NCBI GenBank assembly: GCA_008632985.1
Contig: QPGO01000116.1
Location: 1-64,000, forward strand
Origin: Psammoneis japonica
Taxonomy: Eukaryota
Length of the DNA stretch: 64,000 nucleotides
Direction: 5' to 3'
Part shown: positions 51,001 through 62,047 of the stretch, piece by piece
Layout of the letters: every line of letters starts with the position of its first letter
Numbering within the stretch: position 1 is the first letter of the stretch
Position numbers and translations under genes: made by a program
Notes under the pieces: model-generated
What the model saw: the letters and a program-made list of their open reading frames with translations, nothing else
What the model was told of the DNA's origin: nothing
Database searches by the model: none

Positions 51001-54000
51001 CAGGGTGCCGGTCCGGTTGCGTGGGTGTTCACAACGCCGAGTGGGGCTGCCATCCAACTGAACACCATGGCATGCCACGTCCCTGGAGCCCGTCAGCGCC
51101 TGCTGTCGCCTCAACGCCTCTTCAACGAAGAGAAGGGGATACGTGGGAAGTGTGAGGGCGATGAAACCACTTTCCGTTTACATGTTGACGGGACAGGCAA
51201 GTTGGTCATGCCATGTCATCCATCAAGCCACTTGCCCATTGCGTCGATGACCAAGGGCGCATCTGCCGCTCCTCAAGTGAACCTTCAGGTCCTTAACGAG
51301 GAGAATCAAAACCTCACGGCAGGCCAAAAGCTTCTTCTCGAAATGCACGCCCGTTTTGGCCATTTGAACTTTGGTCGCGTCCAAGCACTTCTCCGCGCAG
51401 TTCCGCTCCTTTCGAACCGTTTCAAGTCCGCAGCGAAGTGTGACCACCCAAGATGCGAGGTGTGCGAACATGCTAAAGGTCACAGACGCTCTCTTGGATC
51501 TACTCACAAGTCGACAGTCCCTGAACGCGACGGGGCCCTTCGAGCTGACCATCTTCGACCGGGTCAGGCTGTCAGCGTTGATCATTTTGAGTCGCGCCTT
51601 TTAGGCCGCACCTTCGACTCTTGTGGCAAAGCCACGTCCAAGCAATTCAAGGGCGGTTGTGTCTTTGTCGACCACGCCTCTGGCCATGTCCAGGTCGAGC
51701 ACCAACTAGGTTTCTCCGCTGTTGAGACGATGCGCGCGAAGCAAGCGTTTGAGAAACATGCTTTGGACCACGGGGTCATCGTCCAAGAATTTCTTACCGA
51801 CAGTGGCGCTTTCAAGGCCAACGCTTTTGTACAACACACACGAGAACATGAACAACGTCTCCGTTTTTGTGGAACCAACGCCCATCATCAGAACGGCGTC
51901 GCAGAGCGGGGCATCCGCAGCATCTCCAACATGGCGAGAGCGATGTTGCTTCATGCATCAATCCACTGGAAGGGGGGAATTGACAGCTCCCTATGGCCCA
52001 TGGCAGTTTCTCATGCCACGCACATCTATAATGTCACCCCAACTTCCAAAGGACATTGCCCAGCGGACATTTTCACCGGTTCGACAGTGCCAAGACATCG
52101 GTTGCGCGACATTCACACATGGGGATGTCCAGCGTACGCACTTGACCCGACCCTCGCTTCCGGGAAGAAGCTCCCGCGTTGGGAGCCTCGCACTCGTCGC
52201 GCTTTGTTCGTGGGACTCAGTGCCATCCATTCCAGTGAGGTTCCTTTGGTCCTCAATCTTCAAACTGGAAGTGTTGCACCTCAGCATCATGTGGTCTTTG
52301 ACGATCTCTTCACTGCCGCACCATCAATCGAGAGGGAGACGGATCCACCTGATCACTGGGAACACTTGTGCCTCAACCAATCGATGTGCATCCCTCTGGA
52401 GAAGGATCAGGCAGTTCATTTGCACGATGAGTGGCTTGCCCCTCCAGAGCGTCAACGTAAAGAAAGAGAACCAGCCAGAGCAACACGTGTTCGCGGGCAT
52501 TTTGAGCCTGCTCCATCGATTGCTGTGCTGGATTCACCCACTTCTCGCGACGACGTTGCCGATCGAGTCGCACCTGTGACTTGGCAGCCAACGCCACCAG
52601 TCCCACCTGCGACTCAAACTCCTGCAGACTCTACGGACTCTACACCAATTCAGCCACCTGAACCTCAAGACAGTGACGGACTTCCGCCACCCGAAGCGCC
52701 GACGGAACCAACAGCTCCTCCCCCAGTCGAGACACCTCCTGTGACGAATCCAGAGGGAGTGCCAGGGCTGCGACGGTCTTCACGGTCAACCAAGGGACAG
52801 TTCAACTCTGCCAAGTTTGTAGATGAGGTCCACTTCAGCTCCGTCAAGGAAATGCCGCTGCCGATCAGACACGAGGCTCAACTGGCATGTCTGGCGACTC
52901 TCGAGACGGATTTGGACAGTGGTGCCATCAATGTCGGCGATCCACGAGCCTACGCAGCTAGCAAGAAAACCAAGGACCCTGATGTGCCTTCGTTGCACAA
53001 TGCTCTGAAAGGTCCGGACTCCGACGAATGGATTGAGGCAATGAAAATTGAAGTCAACGCACTCATGCATCGTCGAGCCTGGAAAGCAGTCGAGCGTCAG
53101 CCGCATGTGAATGCACTTCCAGGCACATGGGCACTAAAGCTCAAGAGACTCCCAGATGGAACCCCTCTCAAGCACAAGGCCCGACACTGCATCCGCGGTG
53201 ATTTGCAGAAAGAAGGAGTCGACTGCTTCGAAACCTGCGCGCCGGTTGTGCAATGGTCCAGCATCCGACTCATGCTCACTACGGTGTTAAAGGAGGGATG
53301 GACCACACGACAAGTGGACTGTGCCACAGCCTTTTGCCAAGCTGATGTCGCCGAGGAAGTTCACACAACACCGCCGAAGGGATTTGCGCCAAGGTCGGGA
53401 CTCAACATGGTTCTCAAACTTTTGAAAGGACTGCACGGCCTAAAACAGTCTCCCAAGGGCTTCTACGAGAAGTTACGAGCTGGTTTAACCGAGCGCGGAT
53501 GGGCACCTTCAGCCATAGATCCCTGTTTGTATTTCAAAGAGGGCATGATGCGTGTGGTGCACGTCGACGACACCGTTTTTGCTGGAGCTTCAGCTGAAGC
53601 TCTAGAAGCCGAAATTCGCAAGTTAGGAGTCTCCGACGACGAACATCGCCACGCATTTGAACTTAGAGACGAAGGAGAAGTCGGTGACTTTCTCGGTGTC
53701 AAGATCGAAAAGCTCTCCGAGGGTCGATTTCTGCTCACTCAACCCGGTCTAATTGACAAGGTCCTGCGTGCCGCACAGATGCAGGATTGCAATGGAGCAT
53801 CTGCTCCAGCTCTACCTGCGGCTGTTGGTGCCGACACGGACGGCCTGCCTTTTGATGAACCCTGCGATTGTCGCTCAGTTGTTGGAATGTTGATGCACTT
53901 GGCAGCGAACAGCCGGCCAGACATTGCATGTGCCACACATCAAGCAGCTCGATTCTCGTTTGCGCCCCGAGCGTCCCACGCTGCTGCAGTGAAGCGGACA

Positions 54001-54648
54001 CTCCGATGCCTCAAAGCAACTGCTGCTGAAGGTCTCATTCTCAAGCCTGCGCAAGATCATCGAGTTGATTGTTGCGTCGATTCTGACTTCGCGGGGTCAT
54101 TTGGTGTGGAAGATGGTCAAGACCCAGTTTCTGTCAAGTCCAGGACTGGACACCTTGTCCACTGCGCCGGCTGCCCGCTCATCTGGGTGTCCAAGCTGCA
54201 GACTCTTGTGGCATTGTCGACTGTGGAAGCGGAACATGTCGCACTTTCTCAAGCTGTGCGCGATCTCATCCCTGTTCGTGAAGTTCTCAAGGAGCTCAAC
54301 CACCACGCATTCGGAAAGTCTGACCGCCAAAACCCAATCACGACTCACTCCAAGGCTTTTGAGCTCGCAACCCAAGGCACCGATGACTCGCCTGTAGAGC
54401 AGAATGTCCTGCCTACGTCCGTTGTGTACGAAGATAACTCCGCGTGCCTCAAGTTCGCACGCATGCCCAAGTTGTCTCCGCGAACCAAACACATCGGCAT
54501 CCCGCACCACTGGCCCAGGACTAAAGTCGAACAATTGGAGATCGACATCCAACCTGTCAGCACTCTAGAGCAACTAGCCGATCAGTTCACGAAGGGACTA
54601 CGGACCGATGCATTCCGCACGGCTAGAAAGGCTCTTATGGGCTGGTAA
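48058..54648 (+). CDS. Copia gag-pol polyprotein, open frame but probably inactivated by missense changes
   Basis: Zinc knuckle CHGCGLEGHTKKTC, protease MDTGA, integrase HARFGH...CEVC / VDH / TDSG / NGVAER, RT with HVDD in place of YVDD, and RNase H CVDSDFA / ADQFTK. Confidence 0.93.
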   Translation: MATIDPDVLAKAFADAMAADATATAPPAPTKPLRGGIHPTHGVYIGGSKLNNNCEQSNDGTCRLASQRHHPKALDSTERSLRDQQASAMTSKFNGRLEISDGPINELDKDHFVKTVRDLAEAHGQQTFHHVKDSDDKVQHVFDHLHEFTVTDLVNEHTVRKAAADDAKCDEIELDDVGLSQLLVHSRITNAFREKIETKFNHLSDCQDYPGSVLFMMALDTCNASALTDVETAKKQLEDLSLVDCPGEDCTDFAAEALRIVKIMQTDCALPANTSSKLLHKISSTSSECFDCRVYNKLDDVKAVERKCRLKNPADIVSDSDCRTLGPVGVIAWIQEQHNELVKDGEWPALVAKLPESNLSTTDDPGKTKHCHGCGLEGHTKKTCPKCNAKPPRDDPPPNPPPADDPSKKKRRPIAVWRTKFDGETKKDKNGKEWKWCATCKAKGADKPGIHQKHSTAEHADDRRQPPKETPAGNLSSVADPDSGVPMGPPAQTTKAPEGDESDPNELVFTGMWCAATDPVADPDFCSAPVATAIVVTPASSAERESDTVVSTEVVCIETSPPVLTSVVDPVVSPIVVETVTPEDADDFYEHSDAFSTFENEPPAIELFPASKLCSIKHPDEFFDAPAHLTDMLSDDTKLDLILEHDVHFEDAHYDLPPCVAYRGFDFYDPEVLDADGCHEDVEDEPTSRRSLLGRVKLFMFWLAAMFWETVLHLCFAPIPCVPRALRRQRKLPTLHGFPASWMVLSVAVMVWSAVYAGQQPECPFSHVPSRFSTASSQVYHIVEELDDRIVSDAGSLFECHRIKGTQVLTEFVARHPSHALSTRLKACWESLEVAERSDATDESAFFDTCEELEPLDDQKHFFDALEDFSPDFFRFDELCLPHHIVDTTHFQDPVELLEEASVRPVVYDTSTIQLLTGQSQADLLASDPQALIGLSDEALTVVMDTGATLAIAPDKDDFTGPVTVPKKPLQINGIANGLTIQGAGPVAWVFTTPSGAAIQLNTMACHVPGARQRLLSPQRLFNEEKGIRGKCEGDETTFRLHVDGTGKLVMPCHPSSHLPIASMTKGASAAPQVNLQVLNEENQNLTAGQKLLLEMHARFGHLNFGRVQALLRAVPLLSNRFKSAAKCDHPRCEVCEHAKGHRRSLGSTHKSTVPERDGALRADHLRPGQAVSVDHFESRLLGRTFDSCGKATSKQFKGGCVFVDHASGHVQVEHQLGFSAVETMRAKQAFEKHALDHGVIVQEFLTDSGAFKANAFVQHTREHEQRLRFCGTNAHHQNGVAERGIRSISNMARAMLLHASIHWKGGIDSSLWPMAVSHATHIYNVTPTSKGHCPADIFTGSTVPRHRLRDIHTWGCPAYALDPTLASGKKLPRWEPRTRRALFVGLSAIHSSEVPLVLNLQTGSVAPQHHVVFDDLFTAAPSIERETDPPDHWEHLCLNQSMCIPLEKDQAVHLHDEWLAPPERQRKEREPARATRVRGHFEPAPSIAVLDSPTSRDDVADRVAPVTWQPTPPVPPATQTPADSTDSTPIQPPEPQDSDGLPPPEAPTEPTAPPPVETPPVTNPEGVPGLRRSSRSTKGQFNSAKFVDEVHFSSVKEMPLPIRHEAQLACLATLETDLDSGAINVGDPRAYAASKKTKDPDVPSLHNALKGPDSDEWIEAMKIEVNALMHRRAWKAVERQPHVNALPGTWALKLKRLPDGTPLKHKARHCIRGDLQKEGVDCFETCAPVVQWSSIRLMLTTVLKEGWTTRQVDCATAFCQADVAEEVHTTPPKGFAPRSGLNMVLKLLKGLHGLKQSPKGFYEKLRAGLTERGWAPSAIDPCLYFKEGMMRVVHVDDTVFAGASAEALEAEIRKLGVSDDEHRHAFELRDEGEVGDFLGVKIEKLSEGRFLLTQPGLIDKVLRAAQMQDCNGASAPALPAAVGADTDGLPFDEPCDCRSVVGMLMHLAANSRPDIACATHQAARFSFAPRASHAAAVKRTLRCLKATAAEGLILKPAQDHRVDCCVDSDFAGSFGVEDGQDPVSVKSRTGHLVHCAGCPLIWVSKLQTLVALSTVEAEHVALSQAVRDLIPVREVLKELNHHAFGKSDRQNPITTHSKAFELATQGTDDSPVEQNVLPTSVVYEDNSACLKFARMPKLSPRTKHIGIPHHWPRTKVEQLEIDIQPVSTLEQLADQFTKGLRTDAFRTARKALMGW

Positions 54649-54669
54649 GCTCTCTCGGTTGAGAGGGAG

Positions 54670-54903
54670 AGTCACGACTCAACGTCATTCTGGTCGCATC
54701 TCACGACTGCAACCCAGACTCAGATTTTCTCTTCGAAATAATTAGCTCATCACAAAATCGATTCAAACAGAAGCAACGACATTCGTCATAATTTCTAGAC
54801 AACGACTTTCAACAAGCGTCTGTTTACCTCTGTCGCTATTCATATTGCTACCAACCTCCGAGGTCTTATCCATCCTACTCAGCTGTGGGACTGTATCTCG
54901 ACT
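54670..54903 (+). repeat. 3' LTR, family B (AGTC...GACT)
   Basis: Follows the PPT and is followed by the TSD GGTCT. Confidence 0.95.
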
Positions 54904-55310
54904 GGTCTAATGCTTTTTTCGCGAGGTCCAACGGTTTTTTCAAAAAAAGCACTGGACCTCGAGACCGCGAAAATGGAAAAGCGAAGCTGTCGATCATTGC
55001 TGATCAATTGATCATTCATCATTCCGCCATGACAACAACAACCTGCCGCAGTTGCCATCAAGTGCCCTGCTTGCCTCTCCCTGTTATTGAATCAGTTTGT
55101 ATCGAAAGAGCGTCTTCAGTCGGTTTATCATTGAGTACCTAAGGTCTGATGGCCTGTTTGTAGCGTGTGAAGCAGGTGGTAAGTGGTAAGTCCAGACGGA
55201 TCCGCGGTATTTTCAGTCCTGCTTGCGAAGCTGACACCGTGTATGCACGTTTCAAGCTCAACAGTCTCTGGAGACGAATCTCTCCTTACTACGAATCACT
55301 TGCACGAACT

Positions 55311-58300
55311 ATGACACTCATTTCCTTGATATTATCCCTTCTGTCACAGATCAAGTCGGTGTTTTTGGCTTTGATTGGGAACAGAACGGCGGCTGTGGCG
55401 GCAGAAGAAGTCGACGCGATGAAGAGACAACTGGAAGAGCGTCATCGTCAAGCTCGCCTACAACGTTTCGAGACTCCCAGTAATAAGGAGAATCAAACGG
55501 ACCCAAAGGACAATGACAAAAAGGAGAGTGATGATGCCAGAGTGGTACCGAAAAAGACATTGGAGGGGGGGCAAAACTCTCCAAAGCAGCAGCATACGGA
55601 CGGAAAAATACACGAAGAGGGCATACTGCGAGGCGGTCATTTGAAGAAGCAAGGCTCGTTGAACCCGTCACCTCTCTCTGCGGTCCAGAAAATCGATTGT
55701 CGACCTTCTGGACAAAAGAAAAGGCGCATTCCTACATCGCCGTCTCTGATGCTGGGTCAAGTCTTGTCTCACGTGATTGGTCACGAGGTTGTGCTAGCTG
55801 ATGTCGGCAAATCTACAGCAAGCAAAGCAATTCATATACAGCTGCCACTCAAAATCAGCAATAATGAAGACGATTGGGGTCGTTTGTCAAGCTATTTCGT
55901 TGACACAGTCATTCCGAACCGAAAGATATGGAAACGCGTATCTGCGACTCTACGAGAGACCGTCACCATCCACGCTCGACTACAAGTAGTCCTTCGAGAC
56001 GGTTGGAAGCACCAGAAGCATGTCGAGTTGGAGCGATGCTTGCGAGCTGTATCGACCGAAATCATTATGCCACGTGCAGCGAAACTTGTTGAGAATGATA
56101 TGAAGAATTGCCAAGACTTCGGTGAGATCGATGACTTATTTTCCGAAAACTACACGTCCATGCCTACGAGTACTTCACAAGCGATAGCGGGACCTGTGGA
56201 TGAGATTGTCAGCCTATTAGAGGCGCCGGCACCAATCATCACTGCCGTCTTTATGCAAGATCTCTTTCAAGCCGTCGACTCGAAAACTAACTTGGAGAGT
56301 TTTCTTGTCCAACACATGCTGCGACGTATCCGGTCGGTCACGTCTTCTCAAGTCCTGCAGAGTCGCTTGACTGGAGTGACCAACCTCCTGCTACTTTCAC
56401 CCGAAGCTGTCGGTCAAATTATGGCAGGTCGTATCGCTTCGACGCAAGAACTCTCCAAACAGTCCACCGGTCGAGAGCTCGAAAAGGAAATGTGGTTGGC
56501 GCCACTCATTGCAGTGTCTGCTTACTGCATTCCCAATGCAGGGGATGAGCTTGCCGATGCCAAGCCGTCCGTGTTTGCCAAGCAACTACAAGACTTGCCA
56601 AATTTTCCCGTGTGCATCTTTGATTATGACAGTAAGGCTGCATCGACGGCGTACTACAATGTGCGAAACAACAGCCGTCGCATCATGTCTAATGCTCGAC
56701 AGGTTGTAGGATCGGCCTTGCAAGTCCTCTTTCGAAGGGCCGGCAAAGCCGCGGTCTTTCAGTGGCTTAGTCATGTGGCGCAAAGCAAGTAAGCTATAAA
56801 AGGTGTGTGTCTTTCATCCTTGCTTCACATCTAATTCGTTCTCTTTCTTTCGTTGCCAGTGAGACTATGGCTGCTTTGGCGAAACCAGATCTCTTAGCGG
56901 TGGATGGTATGACAGCTACGTGCGCATCCCGAGCGTTCCTTCTCGGAGTGTCGTCGTCGCTTGTTCAATTTTGCAGCGATAACTTAGCCAGACAGTTCGA
57001 AAAAAGGGGGCTTAGTGCCTTTGATGCACTCTACATGACTCGGGGTGGAGCTGACGGGTTTTTCCAAAGCAACGCTTCTCCGCTCTTGCTCGGGTCAACA
57101 CAAGAGCAACTCATGGAGACAGGAGCGGATTTTTCGGGTGCTACTGAATTTTTCTTTTTATCGTGTGCACTCTTGCGGGTCAGTTTGTACCCATTGTTGC
57201 GTGTGGAGGACGAGTTTCTTCATATCTATGGGAAGACCTTGGACGCATTGCAAGACGCAACCCGTAAATCTCGACCCTTGTCCTCTCACGCGCTTCAGCA
57301 GGCCTCTCCGATTGTATCGTCGTGGTTGGGATTCAAGACGTTTCTCGAAGATCCTGAGGTCGTAGCAAATATGACAAACTTCTCCCTATTGCAACTGGAA
57401 TGGCTATTGGCCACCGTTCGACGGGGCTCGAGCAGTGTTGTTGCCTGCATTCCTGACTGGTTGTGCAAAGGTCCTTCTCAGTGGCTGTCGTTGGCAGCGC
57501 GACAATCACGGTATGAACTCAAGCCTCGCCAGGCTGAAAAGGCGGTCGAGCTAGCCATTGACTTTTTGCATCTAGGAACTGGCGCGGCGGACGACTCTTC
57601 GAAAATAGCTCCGTCATTTTCACCAATCGTCGTGACTGCGCTGATTCGTATTGCTTCTAGCTGTGTGCAAGCGGGGGTGGATCGGGCACGCCAGAAAGAA
57701 ATGCAGAAGCATTATCGACGACGACCATTGGAGAAGCATGGTGATGGTCTTGAGCAGCCAGATGAAGAAGAAATCGATATCTATCTGTCGTTTGACCACA
57801 GCGATCTCGGCGTGGCGGTTTTCACTAACAAGCTTGTCCAGACGGACCTTTGCCCCGTTCTGATGCAGACCTTTCAGTCTCTGGATATTATTGAGGGGCT
57901 CGATGTTGATCGCGAACTGAATTTCGATAAGTTTGCAGTCAAGCTGGAAATTACCGATCTGTTTCTTCGACTCTGGTCACACCCCAACGGACAATGCCGT
58001 CAGTCGGTGTTGAAGCTTGCCCCGCGAAGAATTGCTAAATTTGCGTCGTCCATCTCCGCGGCTGTCGGGTATTTACTTGATGATGCATGTCTTCGTATGG
58101 CAGATGTTTGCAAGTATTCCAATCGCCAACCGGAACGACGTCAAAGCCGACGAGATCAGCACTTCGAGAAAGCGCAGACTCGAGCTGCCATTGGAAACTT
58201 TCTTGGGGCTCGAAAGCTACTTTTGCTCTTGACGCGCCTTTCGCAAGAACCATCTCTTGCTCGTATTCTGGGAGGGCACCATGGTGGCTCTCAGAAGGCC

Positions 58301-60367
58301 GCCGTCGCCTCCGATCTCGCTGTTATGGTCATTCACTTTGTGGATTTGTTGACTTCGGCTGATGGGGGGACACATCCCGACCTTGAGTATCAGCGTGATG
58401 CAATCGATCCAACGGCATCTCTTCTTGCCTGCGAATGCATAATGACGCCTGCCGAGAAGGACAGAGTTGCTACTTTGGTTGTCAGAAGTAGATACTTGGC
58501 TCGTTCAAGGATTGGATTCGACGCATCGATCATGTGTCATCAGTTGCTGGCGTTAGGCGCCAAGTGGCATCTTGCCGCGCGTGAGGAGTACCCGGATACA
58601 AATGAAACGCCGATCGTTTCGGCTTTGGCGGCTCATGATGATTGCGATGTCGCTCGCTACAAAAGGGTCCTTGAAAGGCTCATTGACATTCCTGCGGAAA
58701 TACTTGGCAGCGAGGCTGACAATGCTCGGTTGATTTTCAAGCATGATGGATACGTAAGCTGTCAAAACTGGTCGGCAAAGTACGAGAATTCAACCCCGTC
58801 CGAAAGTAGCAAGCGAGATCGTCTCGGTGTCAAACAACGCCAGACAACTCATGATGCAGTTTCTACCTTGTCAAGTGTCCATGACATTTCTACTTTTCTC
58901 GCTGATCTCGAGGCTTGCATCGGCCGTAGACTGGCGGTCATCTCATCCAAACTGATTCCCAAGGATCAGAGACGCGAAGTTGAACGAGCTATCTTGAGTA
59001 GCGGACCAAAAGAATTGAGCGATGACGGTTACGGAGAGCAGCTATCCGAGTGGGTTGTTTCTTCTTCACCATTTGCAACTGCGGGTTCGTCTGGGTCTTT
59101 TTCTCACTATTTTGATTCTACGGCACGAAAGCACGGATCGTCTGGTTCCGGTAAAGTTCTTGTGAAGGAAGCTCGCCGATGCTACAAGACGCTTCCGACG
59201 CCGCATGCGAATTCTGCGTCGTTCCTCTGTTTTGCGGAAGAAAGGATGGACCTGTGCCGTGCAGTCATTACGGGTAAGTCATCCTGCTTTCGGATTTCTC
59301 GTGACTGTCGTGACTGAAATTCTCATCCCTCGTTATTTGACATTGAATACCGCCATCAAGGTCCGGTGGATACACCGTATTCACTCGGAATCTTTGTTTT
59401 CGACGTATACTACCCGGCTCAGTACCCTCAAATACCGCCGCTTGTGACATTCATGACTACAGGTACGGAATGAGACGCAGAACCACGTCCCATCTTCTTT
59501 TGTTACGTCGACTGCTCGTCTTTGTCATTCCTGTCTTGACTGAAACACAAACTTATGTCTGCATGCTTTTGTTTGTTAAGGCGGTGGGATGACGCGTTTC
59601 GGCCCAAACCTTTATCAAGACGGCAAAGTGTGCTTATCTCTGCTCGGAACCTTCCACGCCCTCGACGACAGCGAACGTTGGAACCCAAAGCAATCGTCTC
59701 TTGCTCAGATCCTACTGTCGATCCAGACGCAGCTCTTGGTTGCCGAGCCGTATTTCAATGAACCAGGTATGCTTGATGTTGTTAATTGAACATATTCATA
59801 TGGTCGAGGTTGTGTATCGCTGCTCAACCCTTTCTTATCGCTATTTTCTTTGTTCTCCTTGCAGGGGCCGAACGGATGAGAGGAACGCAGGCTGGCAGCG
59901 ATGCATCCCAACGGTACAACAGCAACTTGCGTCTGGCCACGCTTCGGCATGCCCTGGTTGGACCCTTGCGTGATCCACCGAATGGTTTTGAGGAGGTCAC
60001 TCTTCGCCATTTCTCAATGTGCCGTAAGCGAATTGTTGCCCAGTCAAAGCGTTGGATGTTGGAGGCCAAGGGCACTTCCTTGTATCCACGTTTTGAACGA
60101 GCTTTTGCGGAGTTGCTGTTCCTTCTTTCTTCAACAGAGGGCATGGAAACCCATGAAAGCCTGCCGCCGCTAGCGGAAGATTTAGCAGCGTTGGCTAGGC
60201 TCGATCCCGACTTTTCCTATCAGGACAGTCGAAAGAACAGCGCTTCTCCAAACACCAATGACGAGGACGATGGCAGCAACCGTAACCCTTGGGCCTTTCC
60301 TCAAAGCGAAATAGAAGGTTCCGGAGTTACCGAGGAGGACGTTTCCGATGAAGAGCTGTACATCTAG
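55311..60367 (+). CDS. Large multi-exon protein with Ufd2-core-like region and C-terminal ubiquitin-conjugating (UBC/E2, BIRC6-like) domain
   Basis: Spliced UBC reads [17 protein letters not shown]...[18 protein letters not shown]...[19 protein letters not shown]...EPYFNEPG. Upstream are TEFFFL and [22 protein letters not shown] introns near 56789, 59274, 59463 and 59767. Confidence 0.8.
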
Positions 60368-61011
60368 TGCCAACCACAGGTCTCTCTTCGGATAAGAACT
60401 GTGAGCTGAATTAGACTTTGCATCAACAATGAACTACGTTTCTTCTTTCTCACTGAAGCTGAGCTCTAGATTTCTGTTTCACTCGCTGATGTACTTGTTC
60501 GCAATTTGCTAGCTTCTCCGGACCATCCCCTTCATATTGATAAATGCAATTGTGTTGTTATAAAATCCCTAAGCCTTGGGCCAAAGGAACATGGGGCTTT
60601 TGTTAGAATCCGTTGTGATTATCTCCGTTGGCATCAGAAATGGTGCAAATGCGTACCAAACTGGCTTTCTCTCGAGGAGAAGTGGGTACAGTAAGTATGC
60701 AGCATTGTCACTACCTATGCCACTGGAAACTCTGTGCCAAGACACTTTTAAAATACTCTCACCTTGGCCCCGGCAAGAGTAAGCATAAGCACACGAAATA
60801 GAATCTCCTATCACGAAAGAAAACGTTAGGCCCTAGCGGTAGAGATGGTTCGGTGCATTCGTACTCTACGAGAGGAGAGTCTAGGCATGATGCTGTATGC
60901 GTGTCAAGATAAGATGACACGACGAGGTAAAGGTTGCACAAACATGAAAGCTCAGAATTATTTCTGCTGGAAACTTTTCATGCCAACCCATGCACTGGCG
61001 GTAGGTTCACG

Positions 61012-61374
61012 TTACTTCGTCTCGCTGTTGCGAAAAGGACTTGTATCCTTTGTAAACCACTTGGAAAGACCAAGGGTACAAACACAGACGATGCACTTAC
61101 GAAAATCTGCATCGTCCTCTTTTCTTTGCGCTTGCACCTCATCATGCTGAGCCTGCAGTTTTTTTCGCTCTTCATTCATCTCTCCTGTGCCCGGCGCTTT
61201 GGCGTCATCGGGTTTTCGAGCTTCCCATAGCTCCTCAATCTTGGTCATGAGTTCTTCCTTGTGCTCGTCAACATTGTCAATCTCCAAGGACTTCTTGGCT
61301 TCTTCGATCATTTCTTTCGCATCAACATACCGGCACCCCGTCTTTTGACAAACTTCTGCTTCAAAGCCACGCAT
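61012..61374 (-). CDS. Small charged protein of unknown function (paralog of 62048-62470)
   Basis: MRGFEAEVCQKTGCRYVDAKEMIEEAKKSL aligns with the neighbouring + strand ORF. Confidence 0.75.
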   Translation of the reverse strand: MRGFEAEVCQKTGCRYVDAKEMIEEAKKSLEIDNVDEHKEELMTKIEELWEARKPDDAKAPGTGEMNEERKKLQAQHDEVQAQRKEDDADFRKCIVCVCTLGLSKWFTKDTSPFRNSETK

Positions 61375-62047
61375 GATTGAGTAAGTATCGTTGTTGAATT
61401 TTCAGAGAAAGATGGCGACGTCGAGTCCTTGTTGATCGTTTGCTTGAGCGATCGGAAAGCTGGAGAGGGGCTTTGGTTTTGCGACAGCTTCTGGGCTAGA
61501 GTATACAAACAAAGAAAGACTTTGTGTGGATAGTTTTACACACCAAGTTGTTGACGTGCTGTAAAAGGTACTGTAACGACGCACACTCCGCCCGGCTCTC
61601 GCTCTCTCCTAGAGTAGCTAGTAGACTCTACCTACCGGTACTCTTCATAGACCTCAAGAAGGTCAAGTCTTGAATCTTGTGAGAGCTTTCGGCAATTTTT
61701 CGCACACAAGAATCCGCATTTTGAAATTTCATTTGGTGTCTTCTTTGACAGCTGCAGATAAGTTATGAATACATGTAGGATAATATGAATATTTGATCTT
61801 CCTAAAGTATGGAGCATTTTGAATGATCCAGTCGCACGAAGTAAGATTCGAAAGATTCAATGTCCATTGTACGTTTGTATATACTGAAAAATAACAAGAC
61901 TCAGAACTCCATCCGCCAGCCAAAGAACCGAAGAAGATAGAGGAACGACGATCGATCAAAAGATCCAAGATGTCACAACATCATTGAGAACCCCACAAGT
62001 TGACGTCGAAGAAAAATCACAGCTGTTGAAACGAATTAGAAGAAAAG

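Larger units (their letters stand above)
47662..54903 (+). mobile_element. Full-length Ty1/copia LTR retrotransposon, family B
   Basis: 234-bp LTRs at 47662-47895 and 54670-54903. 5-bp TSD GGTCT at 47657-47661 and 54904-54908. PPT GAGAGGGAG precedes the 3' LTR. Single 2196-aa ORF. Confidence 0.97.
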
